This document shows, piece after piece, positions 31,311 through 41,430 of a stretch of DNA of 64,000 bases; the first letter of the stretch is position 1, and the number at the start of each line of letters is the position of its first letter. The translations under genes and the position numbers were made by a program. A model generated the notes under the pieces. The model saw only the letters and a list, made by a program, of their open reading frames with translations, made no database searches and was not told where the DNA came from. This DNA is from Limnothrix sp. BL-A-16 (GTDB lineage: Bacteria > Cyanobacteriota > Cyanobacteriia > CACIAM-69d). The stretch is from the NCBI GenBank assembly GCA_041937175.2, contig CP166615.1:832001-896000 (forward strand). Direction: 5' to 3'.

Positions 31311-31461
31311 GAGTGTGGTTAAGAAGAAAACCTACTTTTCAGTATAAGGCTCCCTCCCATTGATGCGGCAACTTCAGAGTGCTCAATATCACACTAAATG
31401 CAAGATTGGTTTATATGCTTTATATTTTGTATCGATAAAAATTCCCCTGCTTCAAAAAAGT

Positions 31462-34400
31462 CTATGACTTAATTGGCAATTGAATCCGAAATTCAGCACC
31501 TTGTCCTGGCTCCGACTCAACGGTCAGACTGCCGCTGTGTTTATCAACGACGATTTGTTGGGCGATCGCTAGACCCAATCCTGTGCCTTTGCCTACGGAT
31601 TTTGTCGTGAACAAATGGTCAAAGATCCTGGATTGCACTTCAGCACTCATCCCTTTGCCATTATCTCGAATTGAGACCTGCACTTGCTGATCAATCAGAG
31701 TCGTGCTGATCATGATTTGTTGAGGATTGGCTTCTAATTCCTTGAACGATCGCCCCTGGGCCGTCTCATCAAACATATCGATCGCATTAGCCAGGATATT
31801 CATAAACACCTGATTAAGCTGTCCCGGAAAACAATCGATCTGTGGTATTTCGCCATAGTTGGTAATCACCTCGATCGCGGGTCGGTTCGCATTCGCTTTG
31901 AGCCGATATTTCAAGATTAGTAGAGTGCTATCAATCCCTTCATGCAGATTTGCGCTGACTTTATATTCCGTATCGGCACGGGAGAAAGTCCGCAAGCTGG
32001 TACTAATCGATTTGATGCGATCGGTTGCCCCTTGCATGGAATTCAAGAGTTGGGGCAAATCTTCGCAGACATATTCCAAATCAATATCTTCAGCGTGATC
32101 TTGAATCGGAGAGGTAGGACTAGGATAATGCTGCTGATATAGAGCTAAATGTTCAAGCAAGTCCTGTACGTGCTCTTTACCATTATTGATACTGCCATTC
32201 AGAAAGCCGATCGGGTTGTTAATTTCATGGGCAACCCCTGCCACTAGGTTTCCTAGCGATGCCATCTTCTCGCTCTGCACCATCTGTAACTGAGCACTTT
32301 GTAGCTCTTGTAATGTATTTTCTAAGTCCTGGGACTTTTGCTGAATAATAGCTTCTGCGGCCTTGCGATCGCTGATATCTTCAACACTTGACCAAATGAA
32401 CTGCTCACCATGTCGCTCCACAAGAATCCCAGAGAGTCGAACCGGAACGAGATGCCCATCCTTGTGAATATATTCCTTTTCATAGGGGCCATAGCGTCCA
32501 GTTGCTTGGATGCGTTGCATCTGTAGTCGCTCCTGATCGGCATAAGATGCTGGCGTAATTTCAAAGTAAGTTAGTGTATAAAGCTCATCAGTTGTTCGTC
32601 CTACAATCTGGGCATAAGCAGGATTGCAATAGAGCAGTTGCCCATTCATTCTGCACAGTGCCAACCCAATGGATGCTTGGTCAAAAAGCGTGCGGTGATA
32701 AGCCTCACTCTCAATCAATGCAGCTTCAGCTTCCTTGCGATTACTGATATCTAACAAGAGGCCATCCCACACCAACGCACCATCCGCAAGTTTTTCGATT
32801 CTTGCTTCTCCATGAATCCATTTAACTTTTCCGGATGGTGTGATAATGCGCCCTTCCCAGTGCCAAGGAGTTAAGGTGTGAACCGAGTCGGCAATTGACT
32901 GACGATGTGATTCAGTATCCTCTGGATGCGTCATATTCATAAGAATTTGCACATCAGCGATCGCCTGTTCAGCCGTAACTTCATACAGGTCGTAACAAGC
33001 GTTACTGATATAGAGCATTGACACTGAGCCATTAGTTTTCATGAGAAACTGATACACCACCCCTGGAACGTTATCCACTAGATGATGGAATCGAGATTGA
33101 GTAGTGTCTAATTCATGAAGAGATTGCTCTAGTTGTTGGCTATATTCTTGAGATTTTTGATAGAGTCGCGCATTTTCCAATGAAATGGCAGCTTGAGTAC
33201 AGAGAAAATTAAGAACAACAACGCGATCTCTCGTGAATATGCCACTAACAGAGTGGTTCTCTAGATACAAAATGGCACACAAATTACCCTGATTGAGAAT
33301 GGGTAAGCACAGGACGCTCTTAGGTTGATGCTGGAGTAGATAATCACCAATGACTGGCAAGTCAGTCTTGAGATCATCAACAACAACCGTTGTTGCAGTA
33401 TTTTTGACGTACTGAATTAAATTACTGGGAACACTAGAGTAATCATTGAGAGGGATAGACGGCAGTACCACGCCCTCTAGATCGGCCATAACCCGCACTT
33501 GCCATTGCTCACCCTCGCCAAGAATTAAGACACACCGATCAGCCCCAGAATTTTCCATCATGGTCTGGGTCAAGACCTGTAGCAACTCATTTAGGTCAAT
33601 TGTGCTTGCAAAAGTCTGAGAAATTTGCAATAGAGCAGCAAGATCTAAAGTTTGGTTAATGCTACCAATAAAGCTTCTATGAGAAGTGGAGTCTAATGAG
33701 TGGGTAGAATTTACAATTGTCGTGAGAGTTTCCAGAACGGTGAGGGGTTGATGGGCAGGTTGTACGATGGGTTGCAGTAGTTGAGGGTAACGTTGTTCTA
33801 AGTCAGCAACTTTAGCTATAGCTCCCCACCTCTGATAAGCATAGTAGGCTTCGTTTAAATGCAGGTTAGCAAAAGCCTCCTTACCTCGTCGCTGCCAAAA
33901 CTTAGCAGCTTTCTCATGGATAATTGCTTCATGATGAATAAATCCATGCTGATGAGCAGAAGCGATCGCTTGATCGTATAACTCTATTGCTTCTGAATCT
34001 CGGTTTGAAATCTGCGCCATTTCTGCCTGAATAGCCCAACTAAGATGAGCAAAATTTTCAGCACAGCTTACTGCCCAGTCCTGAATTTGCTTCAGCTTTA
34101 ATTGCAGTTCTTTTCTGATTTTTTTCTGTTCACTAGGTGTGGTATACAAATATTTTTCAGTCAAAACTAAGCAACTATAAAAATAAAAAGTTGGCACCAT
34201 AATTGTTGCTCTTCTATTTAAAATTAGAGCCTCAGCTTGGCACATTTTCTGGTAAGCATTTTCTCGATCTTCAAATAGATAAAATTTAATCAACTGCAAA
34301 ATATAGTGAGTGCATAGACCGGCAAATAGCTTTGATGCTTCGCAATACTGAATAAAATCTTCTTCAAGAAAATTACGATTTTGATAAAAGATAGTTGTTT

Positions 34401-37400
34401 CTGGTTTACCATATAAATCCATGGTAAAAAATCGGAAAGCCGCTGTAATTGTTTCTGTATATTGATTCTCAAACTTCTTTAAATCAGCTTGAACGATTTT
34501 AATCTCTGTTAAAATCTCGGCAACTGTATTTCCAGCAAAAAGAATATTGGCTAAATATTCAGCTTGGTTATATCCGGCATAGGTCAAATCTCCCTTGCCG
34601 CCTAGCTGCTTAATTTCACCAGAGTCCTGAACATGGTTTACCCAAATCGTCAAAAAAGAACTGATGATGTGACAACTACGACAAATCTGAACAGCATCGT
34701 TATATTGCTGACTGAGTTTTAGAGCAACATTGCCGAACTCATAGGCTTCTTGATATTTATCAGTTTCAGAGACCAAAATCATGCCATAACAAGCAAAACC
34801 TACAAATCCTTCTGGGTGCAAGCCATGCTTCATTGAAAATAGCACCATCATGACATTGACCCAAGGAAAAAGTTCTTGGCGTGCCAGGTAAGTTGTAGGA
34901 ATTAGTTCGCCAAATAGCTTCATGGACAGTTTCTTGACAGGATCTGTCATTCTGGGCAAATCTACTAAGGAAGCGATCGACCTATTTACTAACAAGTCCT
35001 CGATTTCGGACATCCTTCTTTGAATAATTGACTTTGGATTTCCCAAGGGAACTTTAATACCTAATAAATTGGCAGCTTGATAACCAGAGTTTAAGGCTTG
35101 TGGGTAGTTGCCACTGAGAGTGTGAAGTACCATTTGACGAATGTAGATGTCTGCCTTTTCTAAGGAAGTTTTTGCCTTTTCTAGAGTCTGATTAATCCAA
35201 AAATGGGATTCTTCAAAGTTGCCATTTAGGAATTCAATATCTGCTCTTTCACGATACACATCCATGGCGAGGTTGAATTCTTCACTCCAAAGACAATCAT
35301 TCATCAACTTCATGCCACTTAGCATATATTTTAAGGCTGATTCATAAGCCAAGGCTGCTTTTGCTTTCAGAGTTGCTTGTAAATTAAGGCGAACTAACTC
35401 GATCTGTTCTTCTAATTGATCAACTAAATCAATTCCTAAATTTAAATGTCCAACAACTTCAAATAACCGTTCAGCAATCACTTCGGGTGAACTATTTTGT
35501 AAGATGAGGCGGCCAATTTTCAAATGTACTGCTTGCTGGTTTTCGGTAGGAATTAAAGCATATGCAGCTTGTTGAATGCGATCATGTAAAAACTGATAGG
35601 GAACATTAACTGATTCAGGGATAGTCGGCATCTCCGACCCATCCTGAAAAAACCGATAGCCTTTATTCAGCGGCAAAATCAACCCCTCCTGTAATGCTTC
35701 CCATAACGCCACTGATACCTCTACCTCCGTTTGCTCAGATATGATTGCTAGAGTCGCTAAATCGAATTTAGCCCCCATACATGCTGCCAACTTCAGTACT
35801 TCCTGAGTGGCTTGGGGTAACTTCTGCAACTGTAGTGTCATAAACTCCACCACGTCCTCTGGCAGCGTCAAGGTCATTGTCGCTGTCCCATCCCAGAGCC
35901 AACATCTTTTTTGGCGATCAAACCGAATCAACTTATCTTCATAAAGCGACTTGAGCAACTGTGTACTAAAAAATGGATTCCCCTTAGCTGTATTCATCAC
36001 TAACTTAGTTAATGACATTGCTAACTCTGTTGAGCAACTCAACGTATCTGCTACCAGATGATTAATTGAGCTAAGTGACAAAGGCATCAAATTGATTCGA
36101 TTAATAGGTACTTGCAATTTCTTAAGCTTCGCCAAGGTCAATATAAACGGATGAATTGGGCTTACTTCATTATCTCGATAAGCCCCTAGAAATAATAAAT
36201 ACCTGGTTTCTGTATCCCCTAGCAGCAATTGCATCAAGTTCAACGAGGCTGCATCTGCCCACTGCAAATCATCAATAAATACAACCAAAGGATGGTCTTG
36301 AGTTGTAAAAACCCTAAAGAATTTCTGAAACAATGAATTAAATCGATTTTGCGCTGCCATTCCCGATAGCTCTGGTGCTGGAGGTTGGGAACCCAAAATT
36401 AAAACCAACTCTGGAATTACTTCGATCATGACCTGGGCATTGTCTCCCAATGCCCCCAGAATCTTGGCTTTCCAAGCCTCTAATTGAGTATCAGATTCGG
36501 AGAGTAACTGCCCCATTAAATCTCGAAAAGCTTGCACAAAAGCACTAAAAGGAATATTTCGCTGAAACTGGTCAAACTTTCCTTTAATGAAATAACCCCG
36601 CTGTTTGACAATCGGCTTATGCACTTCATTAATTACTGCCGTTTTGCCAATGCCAGAGAACCCTGCTACTAGCATGAGTTCTGTATTCCCCTGACTGACT
36701 CTTTCAAAAGCATTTAGTAAGGTTTCTACCTCTGCCTGCCGGCCGTAGAGCTTTTCCGGAATCAGGAAGCGATCGCTCAGATCCCGTTGTCCCAACTCAA
36801 ATACTGCAATGGTTCCTGTTGCTTCCCACTGGCTTAAGCATTGCTGTAAATCATGCTGGAGACCCAAGGCACTCTGATATCGATCCTCAGCGTTTTTAGC
36901 CATCAGTTTTGCCACGATCTCCCCCACCATCTCAGGTACTGACGGATTTACCTGATCCACGGGCTGTGCTGTTTTGGCAATATGGCAATGCAACAACTCC
37001 AAGGGATCGTCAGACTCAAAAGGCAATTGACCCGTTAATAGCTGGTATAGGGTCACGCCCAAGGCATAAAAATCAGCTCGATAGTCAATGCCACGATTCA
37101 TGCGCCCGGTTTGCTCGGGAGCCAGGTAGGCTAAAGTTCCCTCTAAAATGTTTGGATTCTGAATCTCTTGAGTTTCTTTAGGCAACAAAGAAGCAATGCT
37201 GAAGTCAATTAACTTAATTTCTTGTGATTCAGGATTAATTAGAATATTGGCAGGTTTAATATCTTTATGAATAACGCGCTGCTGATGCAAATCGTGCAGA
37301 ACGGTGGTCAGTTGCAGGGCGATTTTGAGCACTTCGACCCAACTGAGCGTGTGCTGCTGTAGGTATTGATTGAGAGACAGTCCTCCCCAATCTTCCATTA

Positions 37401-37677
37401 CGAGCAGATAGCCATTCCCCAAGGGTTGAAGATTTAAGGGGTGAATAATGCCAGGTAGATTCAGGTTTTTGGTGATCGCGTATTGATTCCGAAATTGCAC
37501 CAATTCGCCAAAGGTGGGATAGTCCGACAGCAGGATTTTCAAGACGACTGCTCGTTGATCGGCATCCTGCACCCCTCGATAGACAGCCGTTCGCGATCCC
37601 AAATACAGTTGCTCGGTGATTGTGTAACCCGGGATATTGGGTATAGACTGTTCAGCTACTCGAGTTGTGGTGGTCAT
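31462..37677 (-). CDS. HstK-type Ser/Thr kinase-AAA-GAF-PAS-PAS-histidine kinase
   Basis: Same motifs; second PAS differs (CNPAYAQIVG...YEKEYIHKDG). Confidence 0.93.
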   Translation of the reverse strand: MTTTTRVAEQSIPNIPGYTITEQLYLGSRTAVYRGVQDADQRAVVLKILLSDYPTFGELVQFRNQYAITKNLNLPGIIHPLNLQPLGNGYLLVMEDWGGLSLNQYLQQHTLSWVEVLKIALQLTTVLHDLHQQRVIHKDIKPANILINPESQEIKLIDFSIASLLPKETQEIQNPNILEGTLAYLAPEQTGRMNRGIDYRADFYALGVTLYQLLTGQLPFESDDPLELLHCHIAKTAQPVDQVNPSVPEMVGEIVAKLMAKNAEDRYQSALGLQHDLQQCLSQWEATGTIAVFELGQRDLSDRFLIPEKLYGRQAEVETLLNAFERVSQGNTELMLVAGFSGIGKTAVINEVHKPIVKQRGYFIKGKFDQFQRNIPFSAFVQAFRDLMGQLLSESDTQLEAWKAKILGALGDNAQVMIEVIPELVLILGSQPPAPELSGMAAQNRFNSLFQKFFRVFTTQDHPLVVFIDDLQWADAASLNLMQLLLGDTETRYLLFLGAYRDNEVSPIHPFILTLAKLKKLQVPINRINLMPLSLSSINHLVADTLSCSTELAMSLTKLVMNTAKGNPFFSTQLLKSLYEDKLIRFDRQKRCWLWDGTATMTLTLPEDVVEFMTLQLQKLPQATQEVLKLAACMGAKFDLATLAIISEQTEVEVSVALWEALQEGLILPLNKGYRFFQDGSEMPTIPESVNVPYQFLHDRIQQAAYALIPTENQQAVHLKIGRLILQNSSPEVIAERLFEVVGHLNLGIDLVDQLEEQIELVRLNLQATLKAKAALAYESALKYMLSGMKLMNDCLWSEEFNLAMDVYRERADIEFLNGNFEESHFWINQTLEKAKTSLEKADIYIRQMVLHTLSGNYPQALNSGYQAANLLGIKVPLGNPKSIIQRRMSEIEDLLVNRSIASLVDLPRMTDPVKKLSMKLFGELIPTTYLARQELFPWVNVMMVLFSMKHGLHPEGFVGFACYGMILVSETDKYQEAYEFGNVALKLSQQYNDAVQICRSCHIISSFLTIWVNHVQDSGEIKQLGGKGDLTYAGYNQAEYLANILFAGNTVAEILTEIKIVQADLKKFENQYTETITAAFRFFTMDLYGKPETTIFYQNRNFLEEDFIQYCEASKLFAGLCTHYILQLIKFYLFEDRENAYQKMCQAEALILNRRATIMVPTFYFYSCLVLTEKYLYTTPSEQKKIRKELQLKLKQIQDWAVSCAENFAHLSWAIQAEMAQISNRDSEAIELYDQAIASAHQHGFIHHEAIIHEKAAKFWQRRGKEAFANLHLNEAYYAYQRWGAIAKVADLEQRYPQLLQPIVQPAHQPLTVLETLTTIVNSTHSLDSTSHRSFIGSINQTLDLAALLQISQTFASTIDLNELLQVLTQTMMENSGADRCVLILGEGEQWQVRVMADLEGVVLPSIPLNDYSSVPSNLIQYVKNTATTVVVDDLKTDLPVIGDYLLQHQPKSVLCLPILNQGNLCAILYLENHSVSGIFTRDRVVVLNFLCTQAAISLENARLYQKSQEYSQQLEQSLHELDTTQSRFHHLVDNVPGVVYQFLMKTNGSVSMLYISNACYDLYEVTAEQAIADVQILMNMTHPEDTESHRQSIADSVHTLTPWHWEGRIITPSGKVKWIHGEARIEKLADGALVWDGLLLDISNRKEAEAALIESEAYHRTLFDQASIGLALCRMNGQLLYCNPAYAQIVGRTTDELYTLTYFEITPASYADQERLQMQRIQATGRYGPYEKEYIHKDGHLVPVRLSGILVERHGEQFIWSSVEDISDRKAAEAIIQQKSQDLENTLQELQSAQLQMVQSEKMASLGNLVAGVAHEINNPIGFLNGSINNGKEHVQDLLEHLALYQQHYPSPTSPIQDHAEDIDLEYVCEDLPQLLNSMQGATDRIKSISTSLRTFSRADTEYKVSANLHEGIDSTLLILKYRLKANANRPAIEVITNYGEIPQIDCFPGQLNQVFMNILANAIDMFDETAQGRSFKELEANPQQIMISTTLIDQQVQVSIRDNGKGMSAEVQSRIFDHLFTTKSVGKGTGLGLAIAQQIVVDKHSGSLTVESEPGQGAEFRIQLPIKS

Positions 37678-37820
37678 AAGTGATGCCAGGAGATCGGCTC
37701 AATTCATTCAGGAACACATTCAAGGCGCAGGAAAAGCCCCCAAGCACTCGACGCTGCTAGGGTATTGATGCAATGTTTTAGAGCACTTAAGAGATCACTC
37801 AGCGATCACTCAGCAATGTG

Positions 37821-37992
37821 GCTCTATAAATTTTGCGTAAAATCAGGAAAATCTCGGGAATGGCAGAAAGGTGCTGCGTAGAAATTTCCCCAGCACTCGG
37901 CACTGACAAGGCACGGATCCAATGTCATGGGGTACCAAGGAGATCACCTAGCAGTATAGCTCTATAAATTTTGCGTAAAATCGGGAAAATCT
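37821..37992. repeat. 34-bp direct repeat, two copies
   Basis: GCTCTATAAATTTTGCGTAAAATC(A/G)GGAAAATCT at 37821-37854 and 37959-37992. Confidence 0.85.
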
Positions 37993-38045
37993 GGGAAATT
38001 TCAGGAAAATTCTGAAAAATTACAACTTCTCAGAGCAGGGAAGCG

Positions 38046-38537
38046 CTAATTGCTCAATACTGAGGCGAGAGGCTGAGGCTGCTGCTCAAAGAAGCGAATG
38101 CTGGTGGGCGTGCGGTTTTTGAGATCGGGAGCGTAGCGGGCTAGGTGGCGCACTACCCGATCGTTGACCCACAAAATAATGGGAAACCGAAACTGATGGG
38201 TGAAGGCGTTGAAGGCCCGATTGGTGGCCACCAACAGATCATCCAGTTCTTCTAAGGTTTCCAGCCCGGTGACCACCAAGGCTTGCGGTGGGTGTTGGTG
38301 GCAAGTGTGTTGAATGGGTGACAAGAGCGATCGGGCGGAGGTGGGCAACTGCAAGCACCCGACCTCCAGGGACAGCATCTCGCGTAAGCGATTAGTGGCA
38401 CAACGCTGAACCGTTGGATCGTTGCAGTGCGCCAGAATCAGGGCAAATTCTCCCTGCTGGTGCAACAGAGTTCTGGCCAAAATGGCAACAGATCGTTCAT
38501 TGGCGTTGGCGAGACTGCCTGGAACTTTGGGGCCCAT
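38046..38537 (-). CDS. short partner of the P-loop ATPase; resembles the N-terminal domain of cyanobacterial WD40/TPR proteins
   Basis: GEFALILAHCN, ALVVTGLE, FRFPIILWVN..., RYAPDL; no repeats follow. Confidence 0.65.
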   Translation of the reverse strand: MGPKVPGSLANANERSVAILARTLLHQQGEFALILAHCNDPTVQRCATNRLREMLSLEVGCLQLPTSARSLLSPIQHTCHQHPPQALVVTGLETLEELDDLLVATNRAFNAFTHQFRFPIILWVNDRVVRHLARYAPDLKNRTPTSIRFFEQQPQPLASVLSN

Positions 38538-38628
38538 GGCTTAACGCTCCTCATTGGAAACAGTCGCATGACTGCTACGTATTGCGCCTGGGTGGATGGG
38601 TTGGGCCCAGGCGGCGATCATCTGGGAG

Positions 38629-39963
38629 TTAGCGGTTTTGTTGCTGCCAAGCTTGAAACCAATCGGTTTCTTCGAGGGAAGGGTTGATGCCAAACCAACG
38701 CCCCTGGGCGTCGCGGTACTCGTAAACAATTTGAGTCCGCAGCAGCATTTGGTAGCTGTCCTCGCCACGCACACTTTGTTCACGGACAACTTGGAAAAGG
38801 CGCTCTCGCTCGATGTCATCGATCGACAGGGTGAGATCGTCCCGACTGTCGCGAATAGCACGCTCCAAGTTCGCCCGAGCAAAGGGAGGGTCTTCCTGCT
38901 GTAGGCAGCGATAGAGTAATCCTAACAGGCTTCGGGGGTGACCACCACTGACCCGACAAAGACGATTTAGGGTTTCCAAGTCTTCAAAAACTGCGCTGAC
39001 ATGGCTGAGTGCTTCGGTGGGAGCAAGGTTTGGAAAAGCCCTCGCCAAAACAGCCGATCGCAAGGCTTCCATGCCTGGTTCAAAGGGTTCCCCATTCCGA
39101 GTCCGCACCGGAATCATTGACAATACTTTGGGAGCCAAACCGCCGCCTAAGCGGTTTTTCATCGCTTCGTATTCGTCAGCAAACATTAACGAAAGGGGAA
39201 CGGTGTAGACCAAGTGGCAATTAATTCGCCGGAGCTGTGCGCCGCGATCGATAAACAAATATTCCGGTTGCCGCCGCCCGATCGAGGGCAAGGTGCGACT
39301 ATCCACCCGATCGAGGTTATCCACAATCACCACCAGGCCCTTTTTGCCGCGCCGCAGCAATTCTTGGGTGGCCCGCTGAATAATTTCCTCGTTAATGGCC
39401 CGCAGAATCCCCTCCGTTCGCGGCTCCAGGTATTGCCGTAATTGGCTGCGCAGCTTGGGATTGTCCTGGGTTTTGGCGGTAATTTTGGCAATTCCTAGGG
39501 AAACCTCCGCCTGAGCACCCAGCTCGATCGGGGTTTGCAGAAAATCTGAAACCTCTTGGAACAAGTTGGCAAAATAGCTAGGTTTCAGCTTGATACCAAC
39601 GGAATCTAAGTTTTCGCTGACCTGGCGAGTAATGGCCAACAAAATATCACTAATATCCACATCGGCCATGTCTAAGTCTTGGGTAGACTCGAAATAGACC
39701 ACATGGAAATTCTCTTGCTCCAGTTCAGCTTTCAACCGCAAGAGTTCCGTGGACTTGCCGCAACCAATGTGTCCCGTAAAAAGCTGACAAGTGGGCACAT
39801 CGGGAGAAATTCGGACGATCGTCCGCTTCAGCTCACCAATGATATTGCCACCGCGCACATTCGAGAAATCAATATAGTATTTTCGATCTTCCGGCTTGGC
39901 GAGATCGAGCGTATAGGAAGGATTGCAAGCCTTAAAGAAGCGGGATATATCGTCAATTGCCAT
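38629..39963 (-). CDS. P-loop (STAND-like) ATPase
   Basis: Walker A GHIGCGKST, Walker B VVIVDNLDR, SGGHPR. Confidence 0.88.
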   Translation of the reverse strand: MAIDDISRFFKACNPSYTLDLAKPEDRKYYIDFSNVRGGNIIGELKRTIVRISPDVPTCQLFTGHIGCGKSTELLRLKAELEQENFHVVYFESTQDLDMADVDISDILLAITRQVSENLDSVGIKLKPSYFANLFQEVSDFLQTPIELGAQAEVSLGIAKITAKTQDNPKLRSQLRQYLEPRTEGILRAINEEIIQRATQELLRRGKKGLVVIVDNLDRVDSRTLPSIGRRQPEYLFIDRGAQLRRINCHLVYTVPLSLMFADEYEAMKNRLGGGLAPKVLSMIPVRTRNGEPFEPGMEALRSAVLARAFPNLAPTEALSHVSAVFEDLETLNRLCRVSGGHPRSLLGLLYRCLQQEDPPFARANLERAIRDSRDDLTLSIDDIERERLFQVVREQSVRGEDSYQMLLRTQIVYEYRDAQGRWFGINPSLEETDWFQAWQQQNR

Positions 39964-40297
39964 GGTACTGAGAAATATCGGCCAAAGAAAACAGCAACAA
40001 TCGACTTGGACTAGGGCTACGATGCAACCATCATGACTAACCTAGCGATCAAAGTACAGGGACACTGGCATTCACCCTGAAATCTATTCCTGAAATCTTG
40101 AAATTGATGGAAGTTGTGCAGTTTGTCCTGGGTTTTCGTTGCGGGGCGAGCAGCGGCAACTATTCTAAAGGGCCCAATTTTGAATTGGGGTTGGGGGTCT
40201 TGGCCACTGAAGCTCAGGAGAAATCAGGTATCCCTTGCAGGAATCCATATATTCAGGACGCTATTACAGACGCTATTACATAAAACAGATCAGTTAA

Positions 40298-41194
40298 ATG
40301 GGCCAGATGTTCAACGGGCCAGATGACGGGCCAGATATGGATCCGCTTGTTCCCTTGTCTCGCCGCCACTTGGATTTGCGGCGATCGCACCTCCGCCGTC
40401 GCCGCCACTGGAAAATTGCACGGCGGAGTTGGCGCTTGGTGGCGGTGGGGTTGGTGGCGATCGCGACGGCCAGTTTGGTCACGTCTGCCCCTTGGGTGAT
40501 TCGGGGGCCCGAACAGGTGGACGTGTTGGGCAATCGGATGCTGAGCGATGACCATGTGCGATCGCTCCTGGGCATCAGCTATCCCCAATCTTTGTGGAAA
40601 CTCCAGCCCCAAGTGATTGCCGCTAGTTTGCGGGCTAGGGGCCCCGTTGCCCACGCGGAAGTCACTCGCCAACTGTTGCCGCCTAAGTTGGTGGTGCAGG
40701 TCACGGAGCTGTTTCCGGTGGCTGTGATTGAGTCTACGGTTCCGGTGCCACGGGCTGGCGGCAACCCCCGCGCCCAAATCGGCCTGATGGACAGCCAGGG
40801 CACTTGGATTGAGCTAGAGCGATACCAAGCCATGCGCCCTGTCCCCCAATTGCCCGTGCTCAAGGCGATCGGGGACTATGGCACGATCCAACGGGAATGG
40901 GCTTTTATCTATCGATGGCTGAGTCTGTCGCCCGTGGCTGTGCAGGTGGTGGATTGGCGCAATCCCCGATCGATCCGTTTACAAACCGAGCTGGGGCCCG
41001 TGGAATTGGGAACCTATGGGCGCGATCGCTGGGCCCAACAAATGGCACTTCTGGCGCGGATGCGATCGCTCCCGCAACAACTTGATCCCAGACAAATTGA
41101 TCACATTGATTTTCGGGATTTGGAGCGACCCGCTATCCAAATGCGATCCACCACTCTGGACAAGGGAGCACAACAACAGCTAAAACCACCCTAG
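40298..41194 (+). CDS. ftsQ: cell division protein FtsQ/DivIB
   Basis: Basic N-tail, one TM segment, POTRA-like region (V.RQLLPP.L.VQV.E), upstream of ftsZ. Confidence 0.88.
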   Translation: MGQMFNGPDDGPDMDPLVPLSRRHLDLRRSHLRRRRHWKIARRSWRLVAVGLVAIATASLVTSAPWVIRGPEQVDVLGNRMLSDDHVRSLLGISYPQSLWKLQPQVIAASLRARGPVAHAEVTRQLLPPKLVVQVTELFPVAVIESTVPVPRAGGNPRAQIGLMDSQGTWIELERYQAMRPVPQLPVLKAIGDYGTIQREWAFIYRWLSLSPVAVQVVDWRNPRSIRLQTELGPVELGTYGRDRWAQQMALLARMRSLPQQLDPRQIDHIDFRDLERPAIQMRSTTLDKGAQQQLKPP

Positions 41195-41430
41195 TAACAC
41201 TGTTGTTGCCTGAGCACATCGCCCGAGCATTCCACCTGCCGATCGCATTCCCGCCTCAGCAACTTCTCCACACTCGTTCACGCCCCGGCCCCTTGATCCA
41301 ACAGCCGCCAGATTGCTGAGATAACTTTTTTCCAGCAACTTTCAGCAACTTACCCTATAGTTGTCTACAAATTCTGTAAATTCTGTCGGTTGGACAATCT
41401 AACCTTCGACCCTTTTAGCTTGCCAATCCC

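Noticed and set aside
19524..37677. Diversity-generating retroelement or prophage explaining the kinase repeats
   Set aside because: No reverse transcriptase, integrase or phage genes; I saw no adenine-specific pattern in the differences
37821..37992. Direct repeats as a mini CRISPR array
   Set aside because: Only two copies, a 104-bp spacer, non-palindromic, no cas genes
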